Source: Eledone cirrhosa | Taxonomy: Eukaryota | Direction: 5' to 3' | Length of the DNA stretch: 64,000 nt | NCBI GenBank assembly: GCA_964016885.1 | Contig: OZ024741.1 | Coordinates: 313,782,001 to 313,846,000 of the forward strand | Shown: piece by piece, positions 43,054-57,027 of the stretch | Position numbering within the stretch: position 1 is the stretch's first letter | How the letters are laid out: each line of letters begins with the position of its first letter | Position numbers and translations under genes: made by a program | The notes under the pieces: generated by a model | Told to the model about the DNA's origin: nothing | The model's database searches: none | Seen by the model: only the letters and a program-made list of their open reading frames with translations

Positions 43054-46000
43054 TTGGTTGTTACTTCAATGAGGAACTGGAATCATATGAATTTAAACAA
43101 ACGAATTTCAGCGTCAAAGACATCCCCTCCTCCCATTGGTCAGTTGTGAGAATATTCCTCAGTCAAAAGTCTATAGAAATTCGTTCTAAGGCGAGGCAAT
43201 CTGTAGTGGTTGTTTTTGTTATTGTTAAATACATCTGACCTCTACGCTTATGTTGGTAGTGGTGTTTCTGCTGGAGTTAGCTTACTTCCAGCTACTGCTG
43301 GTTTTAGAAGGTTCTGTGTATGTTGGCATCTATTCTGCCACCATTTATCGTGGTGGGGATGGGGTGGGCGTTTGGGGTTGCCAAGCATATGAAGAAAGAA
43401 AAGGCAATAAAATGAAGAAAATGGAAAATGAAAATAAGATAATATAAGCAAATAATTAAACAAAAAAATGATAAAATGGTAGAAGGAATAAGATGTTGAA
43501 AGAATAAAATAAGATAATCAAATAAAATGTGTGTTTTATAACCAATCTCAAAGTTAGAAAGATCTGTAAGATCCACTCCTCCCATTGGTCAGTTTTGAGA
43601 GCATTCCTCAGTCAAAAGTCTATAGAAATTCTTTCTCAGGTGAGGCGATATGTAGTGTTTGTTTTTGCTATTGTTAAGTTCACCTGATCTCTGCCCTTAT
43701 TTTGGTAGTGATGTTGGTGCTGCGGTCAGCCTAGGTCTTGCTGCTGATTTTAGAAGGATCTGTGTGTGCGTGTGTTGGCATCCATCCTGCTACCATTTCT
43801 CGTAGAGATGGTGGTGGGGGGGGGGGATTGTGCCAAGCGTATGAGGAAATAAAATGCAATAAAATGAAGAAAATAGAAAATAAATTTTTAAAAAAAATGA
43901 AGAATCAAATAAAATGTGTGTGTGTTATAACCAATCTCAAAGTTAGAAAGATGTTGACCAAATTAGAAAGGCTGTGGCAGAATCAATCTCGAGGCTATCG
44001 TGGTATCTGCTCAGGCTTATTTATTTTAGTTTATTTAACCAAACCAACCTGCGCACTTCGTCGAGTGATCCAGCTGCATACTGAGGTGTTGCTTTACAAC
44101 CAACATATACTCAAAATTTATCTAGCTCCTCCCCGTGTTGAGCGCTTCAAATCGTAGTGGACTTAAGTCATTATGGAAAAACTGGCAACCTTGGCGTCAC
44201 TGAAGGACATCTTCCTACCTGGCAAACAAGAATACACCAGTGATCTCATCAGGAGTACGGACTCACTCGTCCGTAGGATGAGATGGAAGACGTTCCACTT
44301 TGAAAGAGGAACGCCTAAAATTAGCAACACATAAAACATGGAGTACCTTTTTAGATCAAGGAGGAACCCTCCCAACAACAGACTAATGGAGGAGTTGGAA
44401 AACGAGATGATTAACATTATCTCCAACCTCAAATTCTCTGGAAACCCACCCAGAAGTCAGGAGTACATCAGACACCTGGGAAACCGGATTACAATACTTA
44501 AAGAGAAAACTAGAATACTTGCCAATGCTGACAAAACCAACAACCTCTACAACATGGACATTGAACTGTATAATAAGATAATTCTCAGGGAACTGAGGAA
44601 GTGCTACAAAAAAACACCTGGATTTACCCTGGATGAGATCAACGCCACAGCTTACAGTATTATATCCGGACTCGGCAAAGAGGACAGGACGGCCCCATAT
44701 CAACGAATGGAGACGCGTATTACCCTTAAAGATCAGAAGCCAAACTTTGAGTCCGAACTCTTTGTTAGACTAATAGCCTCCTCCAGATGAGACCTAGGGA
44801 TCGTCAGTAAAAGCATACTACATAGGATTTTGCCCAAGCTTCGGAAAAAAACTAGATTACAACAATAGTCATGCACGGGAGAAGTAATAGAATGGTTTAA
44901 GATACTATCTGAGAAAAGTAGGACCAGCTTCAACCAACTGGATATCGCAGGCTACTACTCCTCAATCTCACCCATAGTACTCAATAAGGCCCTATGTTTA
45001 GCGATGTCCTATACGGACCTAACCAGAGTGAATATGAGCATCATCCACGCTGCACGAAAGAACTTAATCCGTTTCGATGGAGACCTTTGGACCAGGAGTG
45101 ATTGGCCAAATAACTTTGACATAACGATGAGCTCCAGGGACTCAGCACAGGTAACGGACCTGATTGGGGTCTTCCTGCTGAAGCAGATAAAAGATGAAAT
45201 CCCCTGCCTGGGCGGCGGATTATATCGTGACGATGCTCTCTTCACAGTATATGACTACAGCACCACTATGGTAGAGAGAATGAAGAGCGTATTCGCCATT
45301 TCTTTAAGAACCAGGGGCTCAGTATCGAACTAGACCAAAATAGAAAGGTAGTTAACTTCCTAGTCACCACCCTAAACCTGAACACCGAGCAATACTACCC
45401 CTACCACAAGCCCAACTAGAAACGTGTGTATGTTAACACCAAGTCATACCACCCTAGATCCATAACCAAGGCCGTGGTGAAGAGTGTCTCGGACAGGATC
45501 TCCAGCCTGTCCGCAAATAAGGAAATCTTCGATAGCAACGCGGAATATTACAACGCAGCTCTAAATAAGGCGGCACATGGCCAAAATATAACATATAGTC
45601 CGAGGCGCTGGGATGTGGATGGCCGAACTGACATTCCCACCCGCGTTGTCCGGGAGGGGGCGAACCCTATCAAAGCAGGCAGAAATAGAAACAAATAAGC
45701 ACCATGAGCCCGACACCACCACATGGGCGATGGTGACAAGTACGCTTAACCATGCAAAGAAACCCAATACGAGTAGCAGTCTCAGGGTTGATACTAACCA
45801 CCACGGGCCCGCGACCCCAACTGCAGGACACGTGGGGGGGTTAACGGGCACCATCTCATTTTTGATCTCCCAGCGTGGACTAGCAGCCCCCAAACTCTCC
45901 AACTCACGACGCCCTCAACCCACCCATATAGGGGTAGACGCAGAAAAAGCACGTGGTACAACCCATCCTACTCAGCGGCCCTAAAAAACAGATTGGCCCG

Positions 46001-47410
46001 ATCATTCTTCGGAGCGCTTGATAAATGCTTCCAGAGGGACCATACATACCACAAGATCTTCAACAGACACACTGCGAGGCTCTCGTATTCCACCACGAGA
46101 AACATAGCTAGTATCAACAGGAGTAGGCTTAAAAACCACACACAACCAGAAGCTGGCAATATAAGCACCCAGCAGAACCATGAGGAAGGAGAGAAGGGTG
46201 GACCCAGTGCCCACCCACAAAACTCAAACAGACCCTGGAAACCCCCACCGGGCCCGGGGGAAGACCACCATGTAATACGTAACGAGAATCCCACACTATA
46301 CACACATATTTCGATCACTCTCTGCAACTGCAGAAACCCCGAATCATGCTCCCTTAATAATGAATGCCTTAGGAAGAACCTAATATACGGATGTAGAACA
46401 AAAAACACAACTCCGAACACCTTTACATAGGAGCCACATCAACGAGCTTTAAAGACCGTTGGTATAACCATCGCCATTATTTCAATAAGGAGGTCAAAAG
46501 GAAAAGTACGGCTCTTTCCGACCTGATCTGGAAGCTTAAGCTGGACAGGACCCCGTACACTCTGGCCTGGTGCATAATAAGGAAAGTACCAGCCGATAAA
46601 GGGGGATCTGGCATATGCAAACCATGACTGAGCGAGACCCTCGAGATACTAAGAGGTGGAAGCCGCCTGATAAACCTCAGAACCGATTTCTTCGGGACAT
46701 GTAGACACCTCAGGGCGGGGACCTTCCTCAAGCTATATGGATAGTAACAACACACTGAGATATGAACTTCTCTCAAGCTATAGGGACTTCTCCAGAACAT
46801 GTAGACACTTCTGGGCCGGACCTCCCTCAAGATATATGGATAGTAACGAACACTATAGGTTGGGAACTCCCCTCAAGCCATAGGGACCCATCCAGGCTGA
46901 GCAGACACCACGATAGCCTAGAGATTGATTCTGACACAGCCTTTCTAATTCGGCCAACATCTTTCTAACTTTGAGATTGGTTATAACACAGACACATTTT
47001 ATTTGAATCTTCATTTTTTTATTTTTCATTTATTTTCTATTTTCTTCATTTTATTACCTTTTTTTTCTTCATATGCTCGGCCTAATCCCCCACCCCAAAC
47101 ACCAACACCACGAGAAATGGTGGCAGAAAGGATGCCAACACACGCTCACAGATCCTTCTAAAATCAGCAGCAGCTTGAATTAAGCTGACTCCAGCACCAC
47201 TACCACTACCAACATAAGCGTAGAGGTCAGATGAACTTATCAAAAACAAAAACAACCACTACAGATGGCCTCGCCTCAGAACGAATTTCTATAGACTTTT
47301 GACTGAGGAATGTTCTCACAACTGACCAATGGGAACAGAGGATGTCCTTTGACGCTGAAATTCGTTTGTCTAAATTGATATGATTCCAGTTCCTCAGTGA
47401 AATAACAACC
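43054..47410 (+). mobile_element. Naiad-like Penelope-like element, decayed, with tandem inverted pseudo-LTR copies upstream
   Basis: ORF remnants 44173-46744 (ADKT, GGLYRDD, CNCRNPESC, CKP*, TCRH); 43054-44015 holds two partial inverted copies of 46895-47410. Confidence 0.9.
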
Positions 47411-47524
47411 CATGCCATTGTATCAACCCATGCCATTGTATCAACAATATTAACTGTGACAAGCGAAATGGGAGATGTTTAGAAGGATGTTCTGAAGGTT
47501 ATACTGGTGTCAATTGCCTAGAAC
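47411..47524 (+). pseudogene. EGF-like pseudo-exon, copy 4; 5' part lost at the PLE junction
   Basis: CHCINNINCDKRNGRCLEGC...; 18-bp tandem duplication at the junction. Confidence 0.75.
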
Positions 47525-47611
47525 GCATCTCATAAAATGGTTGGGTTCCTACTATACACACACACACATACAGACAACCTCAGACCCCATACACAAATAT
47601 ACATATTTAAC

Positions 47612-47787
<176 letters not shown>

Positions 47788-48134
47788 CCGGATATGCTGG
47801 TGTAATCGTTGATCCACTGCATATGTCGACCCATCAAATTCTGAGGTGTAATTCAAGTTTATTAGTTTTTTTATTAGTAAACAACATTCCTTCACACTGT
47901 GACTTGATACGCGGTAATTTTAAAAATCTAATTATTCCCAATACTCAGCATTATATGGCGGTATATTGTTACTTCCGACCTGTTTTGTTTAGTGGGAAAT
48001 TACCGTAGTTTTTCCAATAGTATAGATAATTCAGTGAATCAGTATAACATTAATATGGTAACTATAATATTAATACTAATATTACATATATATGTATGTA
48101 TGTATGTATTATGTATGTATGCATATAGGTATGT

Positions 48135-48522
48135 TATCTCTTTCTATTAATTTCGAGTATATTTATTTGACCGGCCACATTCCTGATGTCAAGGTTGTAA
48201 GAGAAAAGAAATTGTCATCCCTTGAATCGCAAGAATGTTTTGCAAATGTTGAAGGTACCAGCTATCGCAACCATTTGTAGACTATGAATTGGGGAGCTGC
48301 GCTCTTTGTCCGCAAATCCAAGTTCAGTCCTACTTTGGTCCAAGCGGGTTGGTATATAACCCGTAGCTCCAATAATAATGGGTATGAAGCAAAAGGTGTA
48401 TCTTGGATATGGATTTGTAAACTCCTCATCAATGGTCCGTAGATGTCCTCCTTCTTCTGTACTTTTCTGACAACGTTTACATCAGGTGGGCAGCTGATCT
48501 CCACAACAGAACACGTTTTCAG
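48135..48522 (-). mobile_element. 3' fragment of a third REL-endonuclease non-LTR family inside (ATGT)n
   Basis: VVEISCP..KEDIY, then after a frameshift IPIIIGATGY..LQ..AIAGT..ICKTFL. Confidence 0.7.
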
Positions 48523-48966
48523 TGTATGTATGTATGTATGTATGTAGGTATTATGTAGGTACGTTTGAAAGTCTGTATGTGTGTGTGTAAATATGCATTT
48601 ATACATATACACTATATATTATATATATATATGTGTGTGAGTGTGTGCGTGTGTGTTTATTGAAATGTATGATATCGCAAATACATATCGTAGGAGCTGA
48701 TAAAATATGGTAACATTTGGAAGGATTATATATATTATTTTTTTAATAATATTGTTTGTTTCTTTCATAATGTTATTAACATTGCATTTAACTGAACTGA
48801 AAATATTTATTTCCTAGAGCATCGATGTAATATTCAATAAATATACAAGTTCATTTGTTTATTACAAGATCACTTTAATCTTAAAATCTTGTATAAAATT
48901 GTATCATTGATATCGGCATGTAATTAATGAAATATGCAACATTATCACATATAGTGATAGTTTCAG

Positions 48967-49101
48967 AATGCCGATTAGGAAAGTTTGTAGTTGCTTGTAA
49001 TGGGACCTGCCATGGTATCAACAATATTAACTGTGACAAGCGAAATGGAACATGTTCAGATGGATGTTCTGAAGGTTATATTGGTGTCAATTGCCAAGAA
49101 G
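48967..49101 (+). CDS. Possibly intact 135-nt phase-1/phase-1 EGF-like exon, copy 5
   Basis: TTTCAG acceptor, AG/GTAT donor, open frame; one Cys changed to Gly, so function is uncertain. Confidence 0.45.
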
Positions 49102-49201
49102 GTATCTCATAACATTGTTATGTACTTACTATACACACACACACACACATACAGAGACCCACACCCCCAGACACCCCACACACACATAGACATATTAAGC
49201 A

Positions 49202-49283
<82 letters not shown>

Positions 49284-49286
<3 letters not shown>

Positions 49287-52200
49287 GAGTTCTATCGATA
49301 AAGGAGTTCTATCGATAAACTTATATACGTAGCCATCCCCAGGAATGAGTTTTAGCATTTGATCATTAATATGGTTAACAGTTTTATTCCTCGGGGCCAG
49401 AAAACCCTTTGGGCAAGCCAATCCATATTCTGATAATTTTGCTAGGAGATTTGGGAACACCTCATCCCTGAGATCAGAAGCTGTACTAACAACGGTTCAA
49501 AGTGAGTCGATGGCAATATTACCCTTTTCATCCCCGGGCGTTTTGCCTTCGCCAAGTGCAAGGAGGGTGTGAGAACATGCTGCTGATGTGATATCACCTC
49601 GCATATAGAGCACGCATGTTAGTGTGAAGTTTCATAGTCTTCACCAGGGGCCACAATGCGGATGACTTAAGACACGCACGTAGTGCATCAGCTCTAGTCC
49701 CCTTGGGAATAACGGGAAGCATTTGCCTGAAGTCCCCTGAAAGAAGAAGTGTTATGCCTCCCATGGGAGCCGTAGAGTCTGTGATGTCTCTCAGAGTTCT
49801 ATCTAGCGCCTCAAAAGCACCTATGTGGGCCATCGTACATTCGTCCCAAAAGATAAGGTTGCATGGTTTGAATACTTCTGCCTGATCGGCGCTCTTACTG
49901 ATGTTGCAAGGGGGTGTTCCATCTACGCTAAGTCAAGCGGGAGCTTGAAATAGGAGTGAGCTGTCCTGCCGCCCGGCAACAAAGTAGCCGCAATTCCAGA
50001 TGATGCCACAGCTAAGGCAATGCCGTATGTTCGCCTAATCTCAGCTAATATTAATTTGGTGATAAAAATTGTCCCAGTCCCCCCAGGAGCGTCCAGGAAA
50101 AAAATACCCCCAGCTTTACCCCGGACAGAATTAACAACGGAGTTGTAAGCGAATTTCTGTTCTGGAAGGAGCTTTGGCTCATTCTCCACTATGTACTGGA
50201 CAAGCTCGTCAAAAGTATAAGATGTCTCACGCAGCAAATCCGAAGACAGATTCTTTGCGCCGTCCCGGTTTGTTGAAGGTAGGCCATACACCGCCAACGC
50301 ACTACCGCCCGTATCGACAACAGTATCTTCGATTTCAAGCAGCGCTCTCTTGTAAATGAGGTCACTGTACCCGACCTCCATCGATGGATTTAGCAACTGA
50401 GCATGACGCAGGAAATTTTCAGACATGTAATCTTTGTAGCTAAACCATAAAGAGGCCGGATCACCCAAGTTGCACCATAGGAGTAGAATAGCGAATAGCG
50501 ATCTTAGTCTTTTAGGAGATTTCAACAAAACGCCCTCTGCCATGGTGGCGCCCCATTGTGAATCATCCTCCAAAAGGCCACGCCTAAAGCAGGCTTCCCG
50601 GAAAGTATCACATAATTCACCGTCAACAGTTCTTATGTCTCGAAAGCTTTGTGGGCCAAAAACCTCATGGAGGAGAAGGCGCAGGTGAAAACATTCATGC
50701 TGGTTGGGAGGTACACTCTTCCTAGACAACTGTCAAACTTGACACCAAGATGTCCTTCAACACCCTGACCTGACTTCCTACGCACCCAAGTGTTGTTTGA
50801 CCATACGTAGTAGGACGGGACCTGAGGATATGAAAGTGTTTTTGCAAATGTGTCAAGTTGGCATAGCGTAAAAAAATCAGTCAAAGTTGTTTCTTTGGGA
50901 TTAGCCGCCAAATGAGCAGCAGTCTGTTCAGTAAAGTAAGCCCTCTGACCATTTTCCAAAGGAACCGCTAGTTGTATGATGGCGGGGTGCCTTTGGTGAA
51001 GTGGAAACCCAAATATCCGCCAAAAAGCTTCACCACTGCTGATATATCGACCTGCCAAGTACTCTGAGACCTCGTCCCTGCTATTATCCTTTTTGAAGGG
51101 CGAACATGGCAGCGTCGGAACCCTTGTTAACATATTTACATATGTACTTTATCGACTTCACTGAATGACAGAACTCCACATTTATATGAGCGTTGAAAGT
51201 TTTCATTAGAAATGGACAGTACGGGACCACCCACCTATTATCAATTTGATAACCCCGTAACGTCATAGTGAATCCACCGTTCTCAGGCCACCTTCGTCTG
51301 TACAGTAGGTATTCGTCGGCGCCGGTCTGGGTCTCCTCAACGAAACTCTTTGGGTATCGTTTAGTGCACACATGGTCTTTGTGACATGAGGAGAACTTTT
51401 GAAAACCGGGACCGAATGGACCGTGCAGCATGTGTGCCTTCACAATGTCGTACAGCTGCCGGTCAACAACGGGGTCCGGTGTTTCCGCTGCGATAACGTC
51501 ATCTAAAACTGTAGGGTCTATTTTGGTGACCAACCAAACCAAAATGTGCGCGTGTGGCAACCCTCTCTTCTGCCACTCAACAGTATACATGTGGCACCTA
51601 ACAGGCCCGAAAATCTTCCCTTTTTTTATTAGATCAATTAGCTGAGCCAGCTTCTGCCTGAAAACCATGGCAATAATATCATGCCGATGGCATTATTGCT
51701 GCCCTGGGATAAGTTCCCGCGTAACCTCAACCCACTTGGGGTTACACGTAAACGTGATGAATAAATCGGGGCGCCCATAATGCCGAACAAACGTCATAGC
51801 ATCATGTGTTCGCTCGTGCAAGTACCGCCCGCCCCCTCCGTATAGGTTGAGGGGAGAATGCACATTTTGCCGATGTTCCGGGGGTCAGTGTCATTCCTGA
51901 TGCCGTCACGCAAATGGATGTAGGAGTCTGAGCGCAGCTGCTTCTGATTCAATTTTATGAAGCACAGTCTCTCCGACTCCATCTTTGCAGCCATGTCAAC
52001 TACAAACTGGTGAAACAGTTCCGGTGACCGGTGCAGGGGGCTGAAATCGTTAGGCCTCGTCATGAAGCGATATGAGTATAAAGTCATACATGAAACAGCT
52101 TTAGATGTCGCAGCAGTTAGCTCGTTTTGTTTGCGCTAGGGAATGCCGAAATGGTACCCGTCTTCTCCGTATGCAAAAAGAAGGGGATATTGCAGGGCGT

Positions 52201-54932
52201 CGTATGATCGGTGCGTCTCATTAATACGTCGAAGACCACTGTCACGACTTTGAAGCACTATGTCTCGCTTATTGTGCTGTTCACCATGGATAACTACGGC
52301 CACTTCATTGCACGAAGGAGCGTTATAACGGCGTGCGTGCTCCTCAGAAGGTTTTTTGTCAGCATCGATGACAATGGTGAAGTTTGGTGAAGGGTTTGTT
52401 TCCAATGCGTATTTGAAACCACGAACATAACTGTTGTGATCATGAAGCATGTTTTGAAGACCTAGCAGCACGTCCCTGTCAAAAGTGTCAGCGTCAGTGT
52501 TTGCAGCTGTTAGAATAACGCCGAACCGCGCATCAACTTGCCTACTGTAGTTAGAAATGAAGTAAATTTGAAGCAACGAAGGCTTGCAATGTTGTAGTGG
52601 CTGGAGCGACCCAATAAGATGGTACACCTGCCCCTGGACCTTGAAAGTAGGCGTCCAACCACTTTCTCTGACAACGTTAGTCCCGAAAGAAATCATTTAA
52701 AGCGCACAATTGTACTTCCTGATGAGCTGAAGGAATTTGAATGACCTTGAGGTAGAACCAGTAAGTAGTTCCTTCCTTTCATAAGAGGGGGCAAGGTGAC
52801 CTTACCGTTTAAGCAGCACATTGCAGGTGGCTCCCAGCCCACTTTTTAGCATTGCAGAATTTGCAATTGAAGCGCATTTCCCCTATATTTATGTCGGCAC
52901 GCAACGAGTAGTTAACGTTGGTCTCATATTTGAAAGCCCGTAGGAGCCATTATGAGCTGTTGGGGCTCGTCACACCGCAGGAAGCTTCTTGTCGTCGACT
53001 GTTCCGCTCCAACGTAAAATGTTGCTCCTGTGGGTCGTGGGAAGCTCTCGCAGCAGTAGCAGAAGCCACCCTTGCAATCCTAATGGAGCTCCCGTCTGCA
53101 TCTTCAGAAGCCATGGAAGCAGTCATAGCCGCAGCGTTCCTAGCAAGGCAATTCGTCCGCAGTTCCAAACCTTCCGAAGCCCTAGAAGCAGCAGTAGCCG
53201 CAGCGTTTCTAGTCAGTCGAGCCGCCCTTTGTTCCGGGCCCTCTGAAGCCCTGGAAGCAGCAGTAGCTGCAGCGTTTCTATTCAGACGAGCCAACCAATT
53301 TTGCGGGCCCTCTGAAGCCCTGGAAGCAGCAGTAGCAGCAGCGTTTCTAGCCAGGCGAGTCGACCTTTGTTCCGGACCCTCTGAAGACATGGAAGCAGCA
53401 GTAGAAGCGTGTTTGTGGAATGACGTATCGCCCGCTCTGAATCGCACATCGCAGCACGTCTCGAGGCGTCGTATGAAGCCATCTTGGCTAGGCGTGTGGT
53501 GCGTGTTGAAAACTTTCAGCAGCTCTGCATTCCGCTGAACATAAGGCGCTCTGTTAAAGTCTTAAAGCAGTTTACTCGGGGAACTCGTTTGCTGTAATCG
53601 TCCTCTTCGCCGCCGCTGACGCGGTATGGCAACCAAGGCGACTTCTCTTTTTAGGTGGCATTTTATGTGAAAATTAAGGGTGAAAGTTACTTCTACAGCA
53701 AAATTGCCTTTGAAAGTATAAGGCTGAAAACTGTCGGCGTTCTGCAGGGGAAAAAATGGGAGAACGAACGGCAAATAAATAACTCACAGTTTGTTGAAAG
53801 AGCGCTTCTGTCAGTAATTTGAAGTTGTTTGGCCAAAAATCCCTTTGTGGTTTTTTTTTCACTCAATAAACGTGTAAATATGTTATACACAAAATGTAAT
53901 TGTGTGTGAGTTGGATGATAGTTGTTTTAAAAAAAGATTCTAAGCGAATATAAAAGAAGGTTGCAGCATGTATTTTTTTTTTTGATTTTTAAGGGGAGTA
54001 GAGAGAGGAAATCAGATTGTATTACAAAGGTAAAGCGTCATGTATTTAGTTTTATCGATTATTTCCGTAATTGTGGGTGATTTTGAAATAAATAAATAGT
54101 CGTTGACCTAAGTTAGACCATTTACAAAATTCTTATACAGGCAAATAAATAACTCACAGTTTGTTGAAAGCGCGCTTCTGTCAGCCATGTGAAGTTGTTT
54201 GGCCAAAAATCCCTATGTGGTTTTTTTTTTCACTCAATAAACGTGTAAATATGTTATACACAAAATGTAATTGTGTGTGAGTTGGATTATAGATGTTTTA
54301 AAAAAAGATTTGTCGCTATTTTTCTAATTGTTGAAATCATTGTAGTTTGGTATAAAATATAAGCGTCATGTATTTAACGTTTGTCTCTGTCTCTCACTCT
54401 CTGGCTCACTCCTTTATTTTTTTCTCTCTCTCTAAAGGAAATTATTAATGAGTGTGTTTATAAGCGTAAATAAGAGAAGGTTGCAGCATGTATTTTTTTT
54501 TTGATTTTTAAGGGGAGTAGAGAGAGGTAATCCGATTGTATTAGAGGGGATAAAAGCGTCATGTATTTAATGTTTGTCTCTGTCTCTCACTCTCTGGCTC
54601 ACTCCTTTATTTTGTTTCTCTCTCTCTAAAGTAAACTAGTAAGGTGTGGGTAGGTTGCAGCATGTATTTTTTTTCGATATTTAAGGGGAGTAGAGAGAGG
54701 AATATCAGATTGTATTAGAGGGGTAAAGCGTCATGTATTTAGTTTTATCGATTATTTCCGTAATTGTGGGTGAATTTGAAATAAATAAAGAGTCGTTGAG
54801 CTGAGTTACACCATTTAGAACATTCTTACAGAGATTCAGTCGAATCGGTTTGAAATTGTGCAAATGTATCAACATGGAACATGCACACACACACAGAGAC
54901 AACCACAATCTGCTTTTTATAGATAATGATGA
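49284..54932 (-). mobile_element. Autonomous-type Helitron (Rep plus PIF1 helicase), decayed and 3'-truncated
   Basis: Rep motifs PDLFITFTCNP, VEWQKRGLPHAH, KYICKY; helicase motifs DAPGGTG, SSGIAA, WDE, GDFRQ, NMR; repeat-rich 5' region with TCTATAAAAAG near the 5' end. Confidence 0.93.
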
Positions 54933-54934
54933 TA

Positions 54935-55170
54935 TACATATATATAAGTGTGAGTGTGTGTCTATGTGTGTGTATGTATGTATGTGTATGTGTATGTGTG
55001 TGAATATGTATGTATATGTGTATCGATATGTGTGTGCGTATGTATGTATATATATGTGCGTCTGTATGTGTAATTATATATATATATGTGTGCGTGTATG
55101 TATATATGTGTATATATATGTACATATATGTGTATGTGTGTGTGAATGTATATGTATGTGCATATATGTA

Positions 55171-55224
<54 letters not shown>

Positions 55225-55248
55225 TATATATATATATGTATATGTGTA

Positions 55249-55312
<64 letters not shown>

Positions 55313-55372
55313 TACATATATATATATATTTATATATATATATATATACATATATGCACATACATATACATT

Positions 55373-55403
<31 letters not shown>

Positions 55404-55405
55404 GC

Positions 55406-55442
<37 letters not shown>

Positions 55443-55466
55443 TATGTGTGTGTGCATATGTGTGTA

Positions 55467-55525
<59 letters not shown>

Positions 55526-55556
55526 CTGTGTGTGTGTGTGTGTGTGTATGTGTATA

Positions 55557-55624
<68 letters not shown>

Positions 55625-55702
55625 TATAATTATATATATATATATTTATATATATATATATATAATTATATATATATGTATGTATATATATATATATATA
55701 TG

Positions 55703-55779
<77 letters not shown>
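54935..55779. repeat. Compound TA/TG/CA microsatellite
   Basis: Seen directly. Confidence 0.95.
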
Positions 55780-56519
55780 GGAGGAGGTTATAAAGAAGAC
55801 CTCAATACTAACGCTTCCTCATTTAAGAAACACCTAGTTAAATGCAAAAACACCGACAACACCATAACAGTTAGGATTGAAACTAAGGAAAGAAACCTCG
55901 GCAATCTTAGAATTAAGGAAGCACTAATTATAGATAAAACACAACCACCAATCAATAATAGACTAGAACTCAACACCCTATGTATAACCTGATAGAGCTT
56001 CTAGCCCCATATTTACACTCCCCACACACACACACACGCTTACACCTCCACTTATTCTCTCTCACACATACACACACAAAACCAGTTCTAACACCAGATA
56101 ACACCTATCCCCGACATTTACGAATATACTTATCTTCTCACACTCTCACACACACACTCACATACTTACACCTTCATGCATTCACCGACACACTTAAACA
56201 GGCATGTATATATGGAAAAAACCCTAAACAAACCCCTTTTAAAGGGAGACTACTCTTTATCCACCTAATTTTAACTCTTTGACATTAGAGATAGAACAGA
56301 TACTCTATACTATTTCCGGTCAGCTTGGCTTGGCAAGTTATTTAGAACGCTGGTTTGAGACCTTTATTTCCCTCTGAAGAAGAGATATTATTTCGAAAAT
56401 GAAGGACATTTAAATAAATCTAAGGTAAAAGACGATTTGTCAACAATATCTTTTGCAATTGCATTCTTTTTTCTATGTCCATACCTGCATTGTCTTGGCT
56501 TTATTATACATATTCAAAC

Positions 56520-56520
<1 letters not shown>
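55780..56520 (+). mobile_element. 3' fragment of a Penelope-like element (end of GIY-YIG plus 3' region)
   Basis: [24 protein letters not shown]; CTGAAGAAG..CGAAA and AATAAA at 56373-56418; (TA)n flanks. Confidence 0.6.
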
Positions 56521-56575
<55 letters not shown>

Positions 56576-56921
56576 ACAATAAAGTATGTCCATAGAATCA
56601 TTTGATAAAATATATACATTATTTACTCTCCTAATCAGCATAATGAACCACACAAAAAAACGATTAAACAAGGCTATAAGATTAAAAGGGACCTATGAAG
56701 AAATAGTAGATAAATAAACGACAGCTATCAATCCGCGACCAATAGCTATATAATATTTACCCAAGATTTCTAATAGAACGTGGAAATCGATTAAATATAT
56801 CATCAACCATACACAATTAGGTATAAAATCAAAGTTAGAAGATAAAAAGTATATAAGCATACCAACATTATACTTCTACCCCATGGGGTTTCATTCGCTT
56901 TTTGAAAATATCCGATCAAGG

Positions 56922-57027
<106 letters not shown>

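Noticed and set aside
44788-44790. In-frame TGA in the RT as a further Sec site
   Set aside because: It aligns with Ser in the three sister elements; a TCA-to-TGA mutation is simpler
47315-47375. CTGAGGA..GAAA in the pseudo-LTR
   Set aside because: Stems I and III cannot be formed convincingly
56873-56921. Minus-strand GAAA-CCCCATGGGG-TA half-hammerhead
   Set aside because: The CUGANGA core is missing; at most a relic
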